This document shows positions 33,643 through 44,300 of a stretch of 64,000 bases of DNA, piece by piece. Under the pieces are notes generated by a model. It made no database searches. It saw only the letters and a list, made by a program, of their open reading frames with translations, and was not told the DNA's origin. The translations under genes and the position numbers were made by a program. Positions within the stretch are counted from its first letter, which is position 1. The number at the start of each line of letters is the position of its first letter. The DNA comes from Candidatus Iainarchaeum sp. (lineage in GTDB: Archaea; Iainarchaeota; Iainarchaeia; JAGGVJ01): the NCBI GenBank assembly GCA_021158055.1, contig JAGGVJ010000040.1:4114-68113 (forward strand), read 5' to 3'.

Positions 33643-34146
33643 ATGGCAAGACAAAACGTGGATCTTGATATAGTGCTGAGCCAGCTAAACAATGACATGC
33701 GTGCGCTTGACACAAAAATAGCGATAATTGTGCAGAGAATCAAATACGTTGAAAAACACGAGAAAATCCTTGCCCAAAACCTCATCAGCTTAAACAACAA
33801 GGTAAAAGAACTGGAGTCCGGTGCCGGCAAAACCACCCAGGACAAAAATGAATCAGGGTTTGGAAAAGAACCCGCAAAAGCTGTTTCAAAAGTGGCGGTC
33901 AAGGAACTTGAAAGCGTAAAAAAGGAACTTGAAAACCTGAAAAAAATCGAGGGGCTGGTAAAAGAAAATTCCTCGAAAAGCAAGGAAATTTTGATTGAAC
34001 TCAAAAAAATGAAAGACGATTCTGTAAATATTCAGGACTTCAACCAGTTGCGTTACGTGATAGACACTGTCAACCCGCTTCAGTTCATTACTTTTGACCA
34101 GGTAGAAGAACTGATTGAAAAAAAATTCAGGGAAAAAAAACTTTAA
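33643..34146 (+). CDS. Hypothetical coiled-coil protein (167 aa)
   Basis: Heptad-rich K/E sequence. No family recognised. Confidence 0.4.
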   Translation: MARQNVDLDIVLSQLNNDMRALDTKIAIIVQRIKYVEKHEKILAQNLISLNNKVKELESGAGKTTQDKNESGFGKEPAKAVSKVAVKELESVKKELENLKKIEGLVKENSSKSKEILIELKKMKDDSVNIQDFNQLRYVIDTVNPLQFITFDQVEELIEKKFREKKL

Positions 34147-34220
34147 ACACAAAACTTCGCTTTATTCCAGCCAAATATCCCAATCAAAACCTTTCCCGTT
34201 CAACAAGACAAGCAAACTGC

Positions 34221-35765
34221 CTATTTTTCAAACCTGCTTAAAGTGGGCCTGACCTTAACGCGGTAAGGCCGTCCTGCAACTTCTTTTACCGCGACCTCTC
34301 TTTCCGCGATCACTTCAATGTCCAGTGTGGAGGACTCAACCATCGAACGGTCAAGATGATGCCTTGTTTCGGCAAGGTAACAGCACCCAAGCCCGTAGTT
34401 TTGGCATTCGCCGCTCAGTTTTATGAATTCCGACTGCATTACTGTCGGGTTTTCACCAAACATCAATTCAGAGTGGGGTATGACCACGACTCCCCCAATG
34501 CTTTTGCTGTGGTTTTCTTTTTTGAACTTTTGAAGCACAATTTCAAGAACAGAATAAACCATAAGCACGCCGACTTCTGTGGAGTAATCTGAAAGGTCTA
34601 CGTGGGACACCCTGCCCATCGAGCCCCTCCATCCGCCAATGATGTCATCAACCTGGTTTTTCCCTCCAAAGGCATTTTCGTTTGACTTCTCAATCACTTT
34701 CAAAAACCTTACCGCGCGGTTTATCTGGAACCTGTTCCCTTGTTTTCTTTGAAGCTTGTCAAAAATTTCCTTGACTGAAGTAATTGACCCTTTTGACTCA
34801 AAAATTGTTTCCTCGATGAGATTGGCTGCCTCGTTGTCCCCGAGGTTGAACGCCTGTGAAAAAACCCCTTTCGGCAGCAAATTTAAATCCACGTGAATGT
34901 CTTTTCCCGCAACAAATTTTTTTGTCGGAAACCCGATCGGCTCAAGGTCTATTTTTGACTCCGCAAACTTTGAAGTGTCGTTGGAAGGCAAAGATATACC
35001 CTTGAACTCCGCGTCCATGTCAAAAATCAGTGCAGGAACATTGTTCAGCAAAGATCCTTCTGCAATCACTTGTGTCACTGCGGCGCGGTTGCTCTTAAGG
35101 GAACCTGAAATAACGGCTTTCAAAAGCGACTGCACAGAAATTTTTGCAATTGTGCTGTCGGAAGTAAGGCCAAAAACAAACTCTCCCGCAATTATTTTTG
35201 ATTTCGTGCCTTTGATTGACGCCGGATACGCGCCTGTATCCGTCGCGGATCTTACGGCTGCAGATGCGACAATCATCAAGGGTTCTGAATAAAACTGCAT
35301 TTCAGCAGCTTTTCCCGCTTCCTTCAGTGAAGTGAATTCAATATTGTATGCTTTTCCTATTTCTTTTATGGAAACTGAAATTGATTCAAGGTCTTTGTTC
35401 ATTTCCTGCACGGCGTTTGACAGCTCTTCTGACTCAAGCCCGACGTATTTCGGGTAAGCGGGAATCACCGCAAACTTGAATGACTTGTCTTGCGTGTGCT
35501 TTTCAACAATGATTATGTCGCGTTTTATGGCGGATGCAAAGTGCTGCACGTCACCCACGACAGTGTATATCTTGTTGAACATTACAACCATTCCCTTAAG
35601 GCTCTTGCCTTTCCCGTCAAACACAATAGTTAAAGTGTCCTTGTCCGGGTTTTGATACACCATAAGAGAATTTTTTTGAAATTCCCCTGAAAAAAGTTGT
35701 ACCCAGGGGCCAAAAGGCAGTTTTAGTATGTTCATTTTATCACTTGAGTCATATCCTTGCGTCAT
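34221..35765 (-). CDS. Hypothetical protein (514 aa)
   Basis: Long intact ORF. No P-loop or other motif recognised by eye. Confidence 0.5.
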   Translation of the reverse strand: MTQGYDSSDKMNILKLPFGPWVQLFSGEFQKNSLMVYQNPDKDTLTIVFDGKGKSLKGMVVMFNKIYTVVGDVQHFASAIKRDIIIVEKHTQDKSFKFAVIPAYPKYVGLESEELSNAVQEMNKDLESISVSIKEIGKAYNIEFTSLKEAGKAAEMQFYSEPLMIVASAAVRSATDTGAYPASIKGTKSKIIAGEFVFGLTSDSTIAKISVQSLLKAVISGSLKSNRAAVTQVIAEGSLLNNVPALIFDMDAEFKGISLPSNDTSKFAESKIDLEPIGFPTKKFVAGKDIHVDLNLLPKGVFSQAFNLGDNEAANLIEETIFESKGSITSVKEIFDKLQRKQGNRFQINRAVRFLKVIEKSNENAFGGKNQVDDIIGGWRGSMGRVSHVDLSDYSTEVGVLMVYSVLEIVLQKFKKENHSKSIGGVVVIPHSELMFGENPTVMQSEFIKLSGECQNYGLGCCYLAETRHHLDRSMVESSTLDIEVIAEREVAVKEVAGRPYRVKVRPTLSRFEK

Positions 35766-35922
35766 TCAGCAGACAAATCAATGCCAACATAATATAATGC
35801 CGGCAAATACACTTGTTTTTTATAATTATTGTAATTTATATATAGTTATATGTTTAAAATTTTTCATGGTTTATTCAACAAACCTGTTAATAAAATGTTT
35901 ATTAATCTTTTAAATATGTCTG

Positions 35923-36879
35923 ATGTATATATCTTATGTGGTTAACGTGAGCAACATTGAATCCATCATAAAAACGATGATTAAATCAGGTTCTTCCCCT
36001 GAAAGCGTGCGAAACACTCTTTTGGAAATGGGTGTTTCAAAAGAGGCAATCGAAAACTCCTTTAAAAATGAAAACACAGCTGCTGCACAATCACCTCAAG
36101 CAACTGATCAAGCTTCACAGCCTGCGCCGGACCAGCAACCTTCGTCATCAATTGACCTTTCAAACTTTGAGCCTGCAAAAGAAACCATTGCGCAAACAAG
36201 CGACAATGCTGCGCAAACAAGTGAAAGTGCTGCACAGCCAAAGGATAACATTGCCGGATCATCTCAGCCGCAGCCGGTTCAGCCGCCTTCGCTTCAAAAA
36301 AAACAGGAAATGTTTCCAGCAACCAGCGAACCGCAACCAACGAACAACGAACCGCAATCACCCGTAGGCCTGTCTGAAGCCACCAAACCTGTAGAAACAG
36401 CAGGCGGTTCTGCTGACACTCAAAAATCCCTTGACATAACTGACATGGACAAAAAACTTGCAGAGCTAAAACAACAGGTTGAGTCCATACCGGTTGACAA
36501 CATAACTTCAAGCATGGAACTGCTTAGCCAGGAAAGAAGCGAGGGTTTGTCAGAACACAGCAAGATCATTTCTGAGCTCAGTGAAAAGGTCTCGCAGGTC
36601 CAGGACAAGATTGATTCAAGTTCACCTGACAACATTAAAGAGCTTACTTTGGCTGTGGACGACTTGAGAAAAATGCTGAATGAAATGAAGCCCATGGTAT
36701 TTGCCCTTCACGAGATCGACAAAAAGATACTTGACACAAACAGGGAGGTCCTTTTTGAGCTTGCTGAAAAAATCCACGCCCAAAAACAGGAAAACCCGGT
36801 AAAAAGCAATACTGCTTCAACACCAAAGCCTTCGGTTGCAGAAAAGGAAAAAACCAAAAAATCCGTTAAAAAAAACTGA
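35923..36879 (+). CDS. Hypothetical low-complexity protein (318 aa; Q/P/S-rich linker, C-terminal coiled coil; N-terminal UBA-like helix motif)
   Basis: ORF with N-terminal SPESVRNTLLEMGVSKEAIENSF, a long Q/P/S-rich region and a K/E coiled coil. The start may be an internal M. Confidence 0.4.
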   Translation: MYISYVVNVSNIESIIKTMIKSGSSPESVRNTLLEMGVSKEAIENSFKNENTAAAQSPQATDQASQPAPDQQPSSSIDLSNFEPAKETIAQTSDNAAQTSESAAQPKDNIAGSSQPQPVQPPSLQKKQEMFPATSEPQPTNNEPQSPVGLSEATKPVETAGGSADTQKSLDITDMDKKLAELKQQVESIPVDNITSSMELLSQERSEGLSEHSKIISELSEKVSQVQDKIDSSSPDNIKELTLAVDDLRKMLNEMKPMVFALHEIDKKILDTNREVLFELAEKIHAQKQENPVKSNTASTPKPSVAEKEKTKKSVKKN

Positions 36880-36968
36880 AGACAAAAAGAAACCAGATTG
36901 TGCTGAATACATTGACCGGCCCAAAGCAAAATAACTGTTTTTAGAACTTTCTTCTTTAATTGGACCTG

Positions 36969-37301
36969 TCATCTTCCTCTTTGAGGGGGTTCGTCATCTT
37001 CCGGGGGTTCTTCCTTGTTTGAATCCAGTATTTTATTGGTTGTTTTACGGGCTCTTTTCCATGCCTTAACAGTTGTCGGAACAGGCTTGAAAGTTGATCT
37101 CGGGTACGGCTTTGAACCGGAATGCTCTTCTTCGTCTTCTTCAGCGTCGTCTGAATAGCTTTTCGGAGCTGATTTGATTTCGGACAACACCACCAAAAAC
37201 GCAATCAATGCAAGGACAAACCCGATTGCCTGGCCTGTTCTTTTGTCAAGGACAAAAAATATAACTGCAAGAAACAATAACAAAACCGGCAAGTACTTCA
37301 T
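36969..37301 (-). CDS. Small membrane protein (110 aa) with acidic/basic C-terminal tail
   Basis: Two predicted TM helices in the N-terminal 40 aa. An overlapping alternative frame (36956..37204) is rejected. Confidence 0.4.
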   Translation of the reverse strand: MKYLPVLLLFLAVIFFVLDKRTGQAIGFVLALIAFLVVLSEIKSAPKSYSDDAEEDEEEHSGSKPYPRSTFKPVPTTVKAWKRARKTTNKILDSNKEEPPEDDEPPQRGR

Positions 37302-37372
37302 TTTTTCACCATTTGACCTTTAAATCCTGATTTCACCCTGACTTTTGAACATTACCTAGATTTGAATTTGGT

Positions 37373-37690
37373 TCAGTCGCCGCCAAGGCCAACCGCGTTC
37401 CTTATGCCTTCACCGAATATCGACAGGAAAATTATTGCCGCGACAAGCCACACAAGCGTCGGGTGCGTCCAGATGGTCAGGTAAACAAGCGCAAACCCGA
37501 CTATCCAACCGACAAACCCAGGCAAGTGAGAACGGCCCCAGTTGATTATCCAGACTGAAAATATTATCAACAAAGCATACCAAATCTGTATGTCGCCGAA
37601 AATGTTGGTGTTGAACAACTGTGACATCGTGAAAAGCACAGGGCTTGTTGAAACATTCAAAAAATCCATGTAAATACCTTCATTATCCAA
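37373..37690 (-). CDS. Small integral membrane protein (105 aa)
   Basis: Three hydrophobic helices rich in W/I/F. Confidence 0.4.
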   Translation of the reverse strand: MDNEGIYMDFLNVSTSPVLFTMSQLFNTNIFGDIQIWYALLIIFSVWIINWGRSHLPGFVGWIVGFALVYLTIWTHPTLVWLVAAIIFLSIFGEGIRNAVGLGGD

Positions 37691-37733
37691 CTTATTATTA
37701 CTTATGTTTCAAACCATTTATCTAATTTTAAAT

Positions 37734-38372
37734 TTATCGACAATAGCACATCCTGTCTCCAGTGTAATCGCAAGCAAACCTTGCCTGGTCTTCATTGAAC
37801 ACCTTTTTCTCTTGAGAGTCTTTAATCTCATCAAGTCTAGAGCCAAGTCTGGAGCCCGAGCCTGAAACTAAACAATAACCATTCCTTTTAATAATACCAT
37901 GATCAAGGGAAACGCATGCGTCATCGCAACACCCAATCTTGTCATCCATACAGCTTGCAGGCAAATCGCGGATGTTTTTGTTGGTGCTTAAATCATTATT
38001 CCACTCATCGTCACAATAACTTACCAGGTTTTCAACAGTTATACTGCTTAATTCTTCAACAATATCACTATTATATATTATGGTGCAGGACTTAAAGCTT
38101 CCAAACTGCTCCAGTTTACTGGTATCTGTTTGTTTTTCCGGGGTGGCAATGATATCAAAAGAGCATTTTGGGGTACTATACGCTTCTATATTTGTCAAAC
38201 TGACATAATCAACAGCCAGCCTGACTTTTCCACACGAAACACTATCAATCAGTTCAGACTCAAATTCCAAGCCGGGGCACTCGTTCTTAAAATTGTCTTT
38301 TGTGCACCCGGAAAGAAGCACAATCCCAAACAAAAAAATTACCACAATCAAGTTTTTACATGCAACGCCCAT
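37734..38372 (-). CDS. Cysteine-rich secreted/lipoprotein-like protein (212 aa)
   Basis: Signal peptide with lipobox-like LLSGC. 17 Cys including CC pairs. Lies immediately upstream of the first giant gene. Confidence 0.5.
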   Translation of the reverse strand: MGVACKNLIVVIFLFGIVLLSGCTKDNFKNECPGLEFESELIDSVSCGKVRLAVDYVSLTNIEAYSTPKCSFDIIATPEKQTDTSKLEQFGSFKSCTIIYNSDIVEELSSITVENLVSYCDDEWNNDLSTNKNIRDLPASCMDDKIGCCDDACVSLDHGIIKRNGYCLVSGSGSRLGSRLDEIKDSQEKKVFNEDQARFACDYTGDRMCYCR

Positions 38373-38388
38373 ACAAAACCCTTACCAA

Positions 38389-41300
38389 TCATTTAGCAAA
38401 TCCTCTTATGAACTCAACAATTATTTCATCCAATTCATCTTCACAGGCATCCAATTCCAGACCCTGCCCACTGTTTATAAAACATATCTCCGGCGGTCTT
38501 TCATCACCATAATCCTTATCTTCGCACACCGGTCTTTCGTCTGAACCCATACTGAATATCAACCCCGTGATTATCAACTCACTGGTTGGACTCAAACTGT
38601 CATCTTTGTTTCTCCTGACTACTTTTACCGGCGTTACTGTATTTGTCTTTCCGATGTCTGACATTTGCTTCCCGTCAATACTAACGTCTCCTTCAAGTAT
38701 TTTAAGATACTTTCTCTGAATGTTTTCTACAACTTCCTCTGAACTGCCTTTTACAACCACTGAAACTTTCTGGCCTGTTCCCGCGGGAGCAGAAGGATTC
38801 CAACTCATGATTGCAAAAATTCCGTCGTATTTATTGATAAGATTCACTACTCTTAAACACGCGCTTTTATAGGCATCATCTTCCTTTTCACAACGGTTTT
38901 CATCAAGATTTTCCCCTACATACCTTGCAAACAGATTAAATTGACTGTTACCGGAGGCACGCGACGGTGAAAGATTTCCTGCCAATCCCTCAATGCCCTC
39001 AATCCCAGCTGTGTTGGAGTATTCAACATCAAACATCTCCTCAAAAGGCAAGCTGTATGTTCCTTTCTGCACGCCGGAACCGTCACTAAGCGGCGCAAAA
39101 AACAACGGGAAATACTTCGGCAGGTTTATCACGCCGAAATTGCAGTTGTAAGTGGACTTGCTGTCAGCTTCCTTTCTGTCAACTTTTACGATATAGCTGT
39201 TTTCACCATCCCTCGTGTAAATCCTTTTCCAGACACCGCAGGACATCTTTTTCGGACTAACCTCAAATTTGATTGACGTCGGGCCTGGACTGCTTATGTC
39301 ACTTCCAACAACAAAAATTTCCTTGTCCCAGCTTAAAAGTTTAAGGCGCGCAGGAGAAATTCCCCCGAGTTTAAACGGGGATTCCCCCCGATCATCTCTG
39401 AACACACCCAATGCAAGAGACATAATCCCATTGTATTCCTCATCTGTAAAAGCAAATTTAAATTCATTCTCGTGAATATTAGCTCTTTTCAAATTTCCGC
39501 CATCCAACGGAGAACTGAAAAGGAAAAGATACAATTCGTTCAAAAGCTTGAAAGTTGTCTGGTCGCAGTAATGCGTGTTGCATTCCCTGAACAGTTTGGA
39601 AATGTCTTGCGCTGAAAACCCTGAAACTTCACTGCCGTCGTCGTCAACAATTATTTTGTTTCCGTTGAACATCGCAGCAACTTCGCTAAACCCCCTGCTG
39701 TCTTCTTTCACCTTGAAATTGCCGCCCGAGGTTTTCTCAACCGGCTGGTCTTCCAGTGCTTCTTCCCCGAAAATCGTGGCGAAAAGAGAGTCGTATTCAA
39801 TAGTGCACTCTGTTCCGATTACGTTCACCCTGAAATCTGCAATCTTATTTTCAGGTTCGCTGAATCCTTCAAGAAGCTTTGTTTCACCCCGACCGACAAA
39901 AGTTTCAGAAAGGTCATAACCGTAATTGGTTGTGCCGGAAGTCGTCGAACTCTCAAGGAAACGAACTCCCTGCTTTCCTTTGTTCTGCGCCTTCAGCCCT
40001 TCTTCGGAGTTGATGAAAATAAGTGTCGAGTTCAGGTCAGAGCAATTCAGATATTTCTTTTTAAAAACATGGCTGCACTCTGTAGCCGCTTCACTTTCTT
40101 CTTCTCTTTTCATGCTGTATTCTATGCTGAACTCTTCTTCACTTTCACCGAAACTGACAAAAAGAAGATCAGATTTCCCGGATTCAATAATCACATCCTT
40201 GTCAGTCCCTGCGAAATTCGGATTTTTCGTTATTGTGACTTCTGCATCTGACTTGTTGTCAATAAACAGGCCGCCCAGCGAGTCGCTCAACTCAAACGAT
40301 ACCTTGTCGCACAGCTCGCTTCCGTAGACACAACCGTCGTCACGGTTAACGTTCACGGTTACTTTTTGTTTCGGGGCAGTTTCTTTTGATTCGCCGATGT
40401 AGATTGCAAGCACCCACTTGCCGTTGTCGTCAGTCAAATCGTCACTCACTTCCGCTTCCAGTTCAAACGTCTTTGCCTCGTCAATCAACAGTTTGTGTTC
40501 CTCGCTGAACTCTTCAAGAACTCCTTCTTTTTCAGCTTCTTCGTCATCGCCGGTAACTATCTCAAGAATCGTTGCAGTGGCCAAACCCTTGTCTGATCCT
40601 TCCTCGTCTTCACCCGGCAAAAGCTTGAAATACAGGTCAATGGCGTCTTCTGAAATGTTTTTCAAATCAAACTTGATTGACTCTGTTTTTTTGTCCTGCA
40701 TGCACATGTTGTCAAAAGAAATGCTTTCAATGGAGGTTTCAGTGTTTTGCTTGAGCACTTTCACGTAACTTTGCCCGCTTTGCGGTGAAATGCTCACTGA
40801 AACAGGCAAAGTGGCTTCAACAGGTTCGCCTGAACAGTCAACTGTAAGAACATACTGCCCTGAAACAGCCAGATTGCCTGTTATTGCCTTTTCTTTGTCT
40901 ATTTCCGCCACAAGTTCAATGTCTGTAAGCGCGCTGCTTTTGTCAGTCCATTTTGAAAACGCTGTTTCAATGTCCCCTCCGGAGCTTTTGCTTCTAAGCA
41001 ACACGTTCAGCTCAAAATCACCCGCGACAGTGTCGCCGCTTAAAACAATGAATTCCTGGCCTGAAAACGAACTGATGTTGCAGGAACAAACAGTTTCTAT
41101 TTTTATCCCCTGCAGTATTTTTGACCTGTTGCCGGAATCAAGCAAAAATTCTGCTTCCTGATCGCCTGAACCGTAAGATATCCTGAAGCAGTCGGAAGAA
41201 CCGTGCGCAGTCACTTTGAACGGCAGGGTTGTAATATGCAGCTTGTTGTCGCTGTCTGATTTGCCTGCAACGAAAACATATCCTTCAAAGCTTGGATCAC

Positions 41301-44300
41301 TTGCGGTTTCAACGCTCACCCACGCTTTCATCTTGAAATCAAGAGTGGAGCCGTTTTCAATTTCCCTTCCCAGAATAATGTTTTTGAAGTCAAGGTGAAA
41401 GTCGTCTGACTCGTTTCTTGAGACAATGTCAGCGACAGTAATCGTGATATTATTTGAGCCATTGTTTTTCAGTTTCAGGGTTTCTTCAATGGTTTCTGTT
41501 TTTTCAACAACGCCGAACTCAACAATTGAATCGCTTCCCTCTGAATCAGTTAACTTGAGGTCTGAGTCAAACTCTTCTGAAACATTTATGTCAACGCCTG
41601 CCGGCCTGAACCTACCTGCGCTTACCCTGGCGTTGACTGTTCCTTCTTCAAGTGAAAAGAACTCTCCCTGTTCAGGGAAAATGTATTCACCGTCTTTTCC
41701 AGAGCCCTCTTCGTCGTCAAACCCTGTTTTTGAATAAGTCACGTCTTCCCCGAGAGGCACACCGGTTTTGTTTGAAAGAAGAACGGATGCGCCAGTCACC
41801 GGAGTATCGCTTCCTGCTTCAGTTACAATCAGTTTTATCTGGTTTCTTCCTTCAAGAATCATTGTCGAAGGGCTCACGTCAACGTCAAGCAGTTTGTCCC
41901 CCGTGGAATCAAAGTAAACTGTAAACACGCCCCCCTCATCTTCTGCACCGTCTTTTGAAAACTCAAACTCTATTCCCACCCCGTCGCTGACAACTCTTGA
42001 AAACGCCTTTATTTCCCCTGCCAGCAAATCTGACTGGTAATCCTCAAGAAGCGTTGAAATCAAATCGCTTTCATCTTCAAAAGCAATCCCCCCGATGTCA
42101 TATGACTTGAACCTAACGCTTCCTGCCATGTCAGGCGAAACTTTTACTTTGTATCCGTCAAGATAACTCCCATTCTTTGAATAAGCGGAAAACTCAACCA
42201 CAAAATCAGTTGAGGTGACTGTTGAAAACAATCCGCTCGGGAAATATTCTTCACTGTCCTCTTCCCTGAAAAGCGCTGAAAAACACACATTTTCCCCACA
42301 CAGTTCTTCCTGCGCAACCACAAGGAATTCTTCCTCGCGCAATGCAATGTCTTTTTCGTCAATGTTTCCCCTGAAACCAAAAACTGCCTTGTCTTCTTCT
42401 TCCGCATCGCTTTTTACGGCAAGCCACACCTCAATCTGGTAAACCATTGGCCCGCCTGAAGAACTCTCCGCCTTTGAAAGGGAGATCCATTTCCAGCCCC
42501 CTGAAGACAGCATTGAAGTAGTTTCAAACTCCTGTCCGCCCAAAACTTCAAGGTCAATTTTTGAAGAATAGCCGCTTACAACCCAGTTTGAATCTTCAAG
42601 GCCGAGCCCTTCACCGACCGAAAGCATAAACACAGAGTCGCCTTCCGCGTTCTTTGGAATAATAACATTGAAAACCGCGCGGTACGTTTCATCTACTGCA
42701 ACCGCGTATTTTTGGTTTCCGCTTTGGTCAAATAGTCCTTCAAAATCTATTGATTCATCTGAACTTTCAGCATGCATTTTTGCGTTCACGGTCGCCCCGC
42801 CCGAAACAACAAGAACGGGCCTTGACACAAAGTCAAGGTAATTGTCTTCTTCGACCATCACATAAACAACCATGCCCTGCGGAGCCAGCAACTCATACGC
42901 CCCTTCTTTGCCGCTTGTGTCTTTTGTTATTTCACTGTTTGTTTCCACGTCAAACAACGAAACTTCGGCGCTGTTCAATGCAGAGCCGTTTTTTGCTTTT
43001 TCAACATTTACAATGATTTTTTCAAGTTTTGAACTCAACAAAATATCAACATTTGTTGTTTTTCCTGCTTCAACTTCAACTCCGGAAACCTGTCCGGATG
43101 AAGCCAGCGACTCTGCTTTTGCAGTTATTGCCGAACCTGCCGGGACATCCGGGAAAGAAACACAACCGTCTGTTTCGGTTTTTTTCAGGGGCATGCCAAG
43201 GAAATCTGTTCCGGTCCACAAGGTGACTGACGCCCCGTGAACAGCAGCAAAGTTTTTCTTCACGCAGACATTCAGGTTTGCCGAGTTTTGTGTAGTGGAC
43301 TCTTCAAGTTCAATTGATACCGTTGAACCGGAAGAAACGCCTTTTTTGAGCTTTGGAAGATACCCGCTCTTGTAAGCTGAAACATTGTATGTCCCTGCTT
43401 TCTCAAGCAGGACAACTCTTCCGCTTGAAGCAGTTGTTTCAGACAAAAGGATTTCTGAACCAGTAAGCAAAGTGACAGCTGCTCCGGAAATGCCTCCAAA
43501 GTATTCTGTTTTCACTTCCACGATTATCTGGTTTTCGTCACCTGCTTTTTCCATGGTGATTTCTTTTCTTTCAACTGTTTGTCCTGATTCGATTTCAAAA
43601 TAATTTGTTCTTTCTGTGGAGTAAATTCCCTCCGGATCTGTTGCAACAACCTGTATTTCAACGTTTGCGGGTATTTCGCGAAGGCTTACCGTTCCTCCCG
43701 CGTAAGTCGTGCCCTCTGAAATTTTCGTTGAGTCATACCTTTTGGCAGTTACGGTTATTCCGGCAAGCAAATCACCGGATTCGTTTTTAACTGTGACTGG
43801 AAGGGTAACTATTGAACTTTTCGGATCAGGCGCGCTTAGATTTTTTGCAAGGGTAACTGTAAACTGCTTGTTTTCTGATTCAGAGTCAACACTCACTTCT
43901 TCGCTGTAGTGGTTGTCTGAAGAAAACTCAAGAACATATCTTTTGCCTCTTTCAAACCCGCTGAAAGAAAACGCGCCGTCTGTGTAAAAAGTAGTTTTTA
44001 TGTTCAGCTTGGCACCAGTATCTTCAACACCCAAAATCGTGACCTCGCCGTCCAGCACTTCATTGTCATCGTTTTTTATCAAAAATGACGCTTCAAAACT
44101 CACTGTTTCTTTGGCAAGTGAAATCTCTGCAAGGGTTCCTGCTTCGTATGTGTTTTGCCCGATTTCAAATCCGTCTGTGTTGATAACCAATTTGACTGAT
44201 TTTTGCTCATACCCCTCTTTTTCAAGGTTTATCCTGAGCGGTTCTCCAAGCCGCGGGGACGCAATGTAAAACACCCCGTCCTCCTGCGTCTGCCCAAGGT

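Noticed and set aside
36032-36511. Alternative-frame ORFs within the low-complexity 35923..36879 gene
   Set aside because: These are overlapping frames of a Q/P/S-rich coding region. Only one can be real, and the longest one with the coiled-coil C-terminus was kept.
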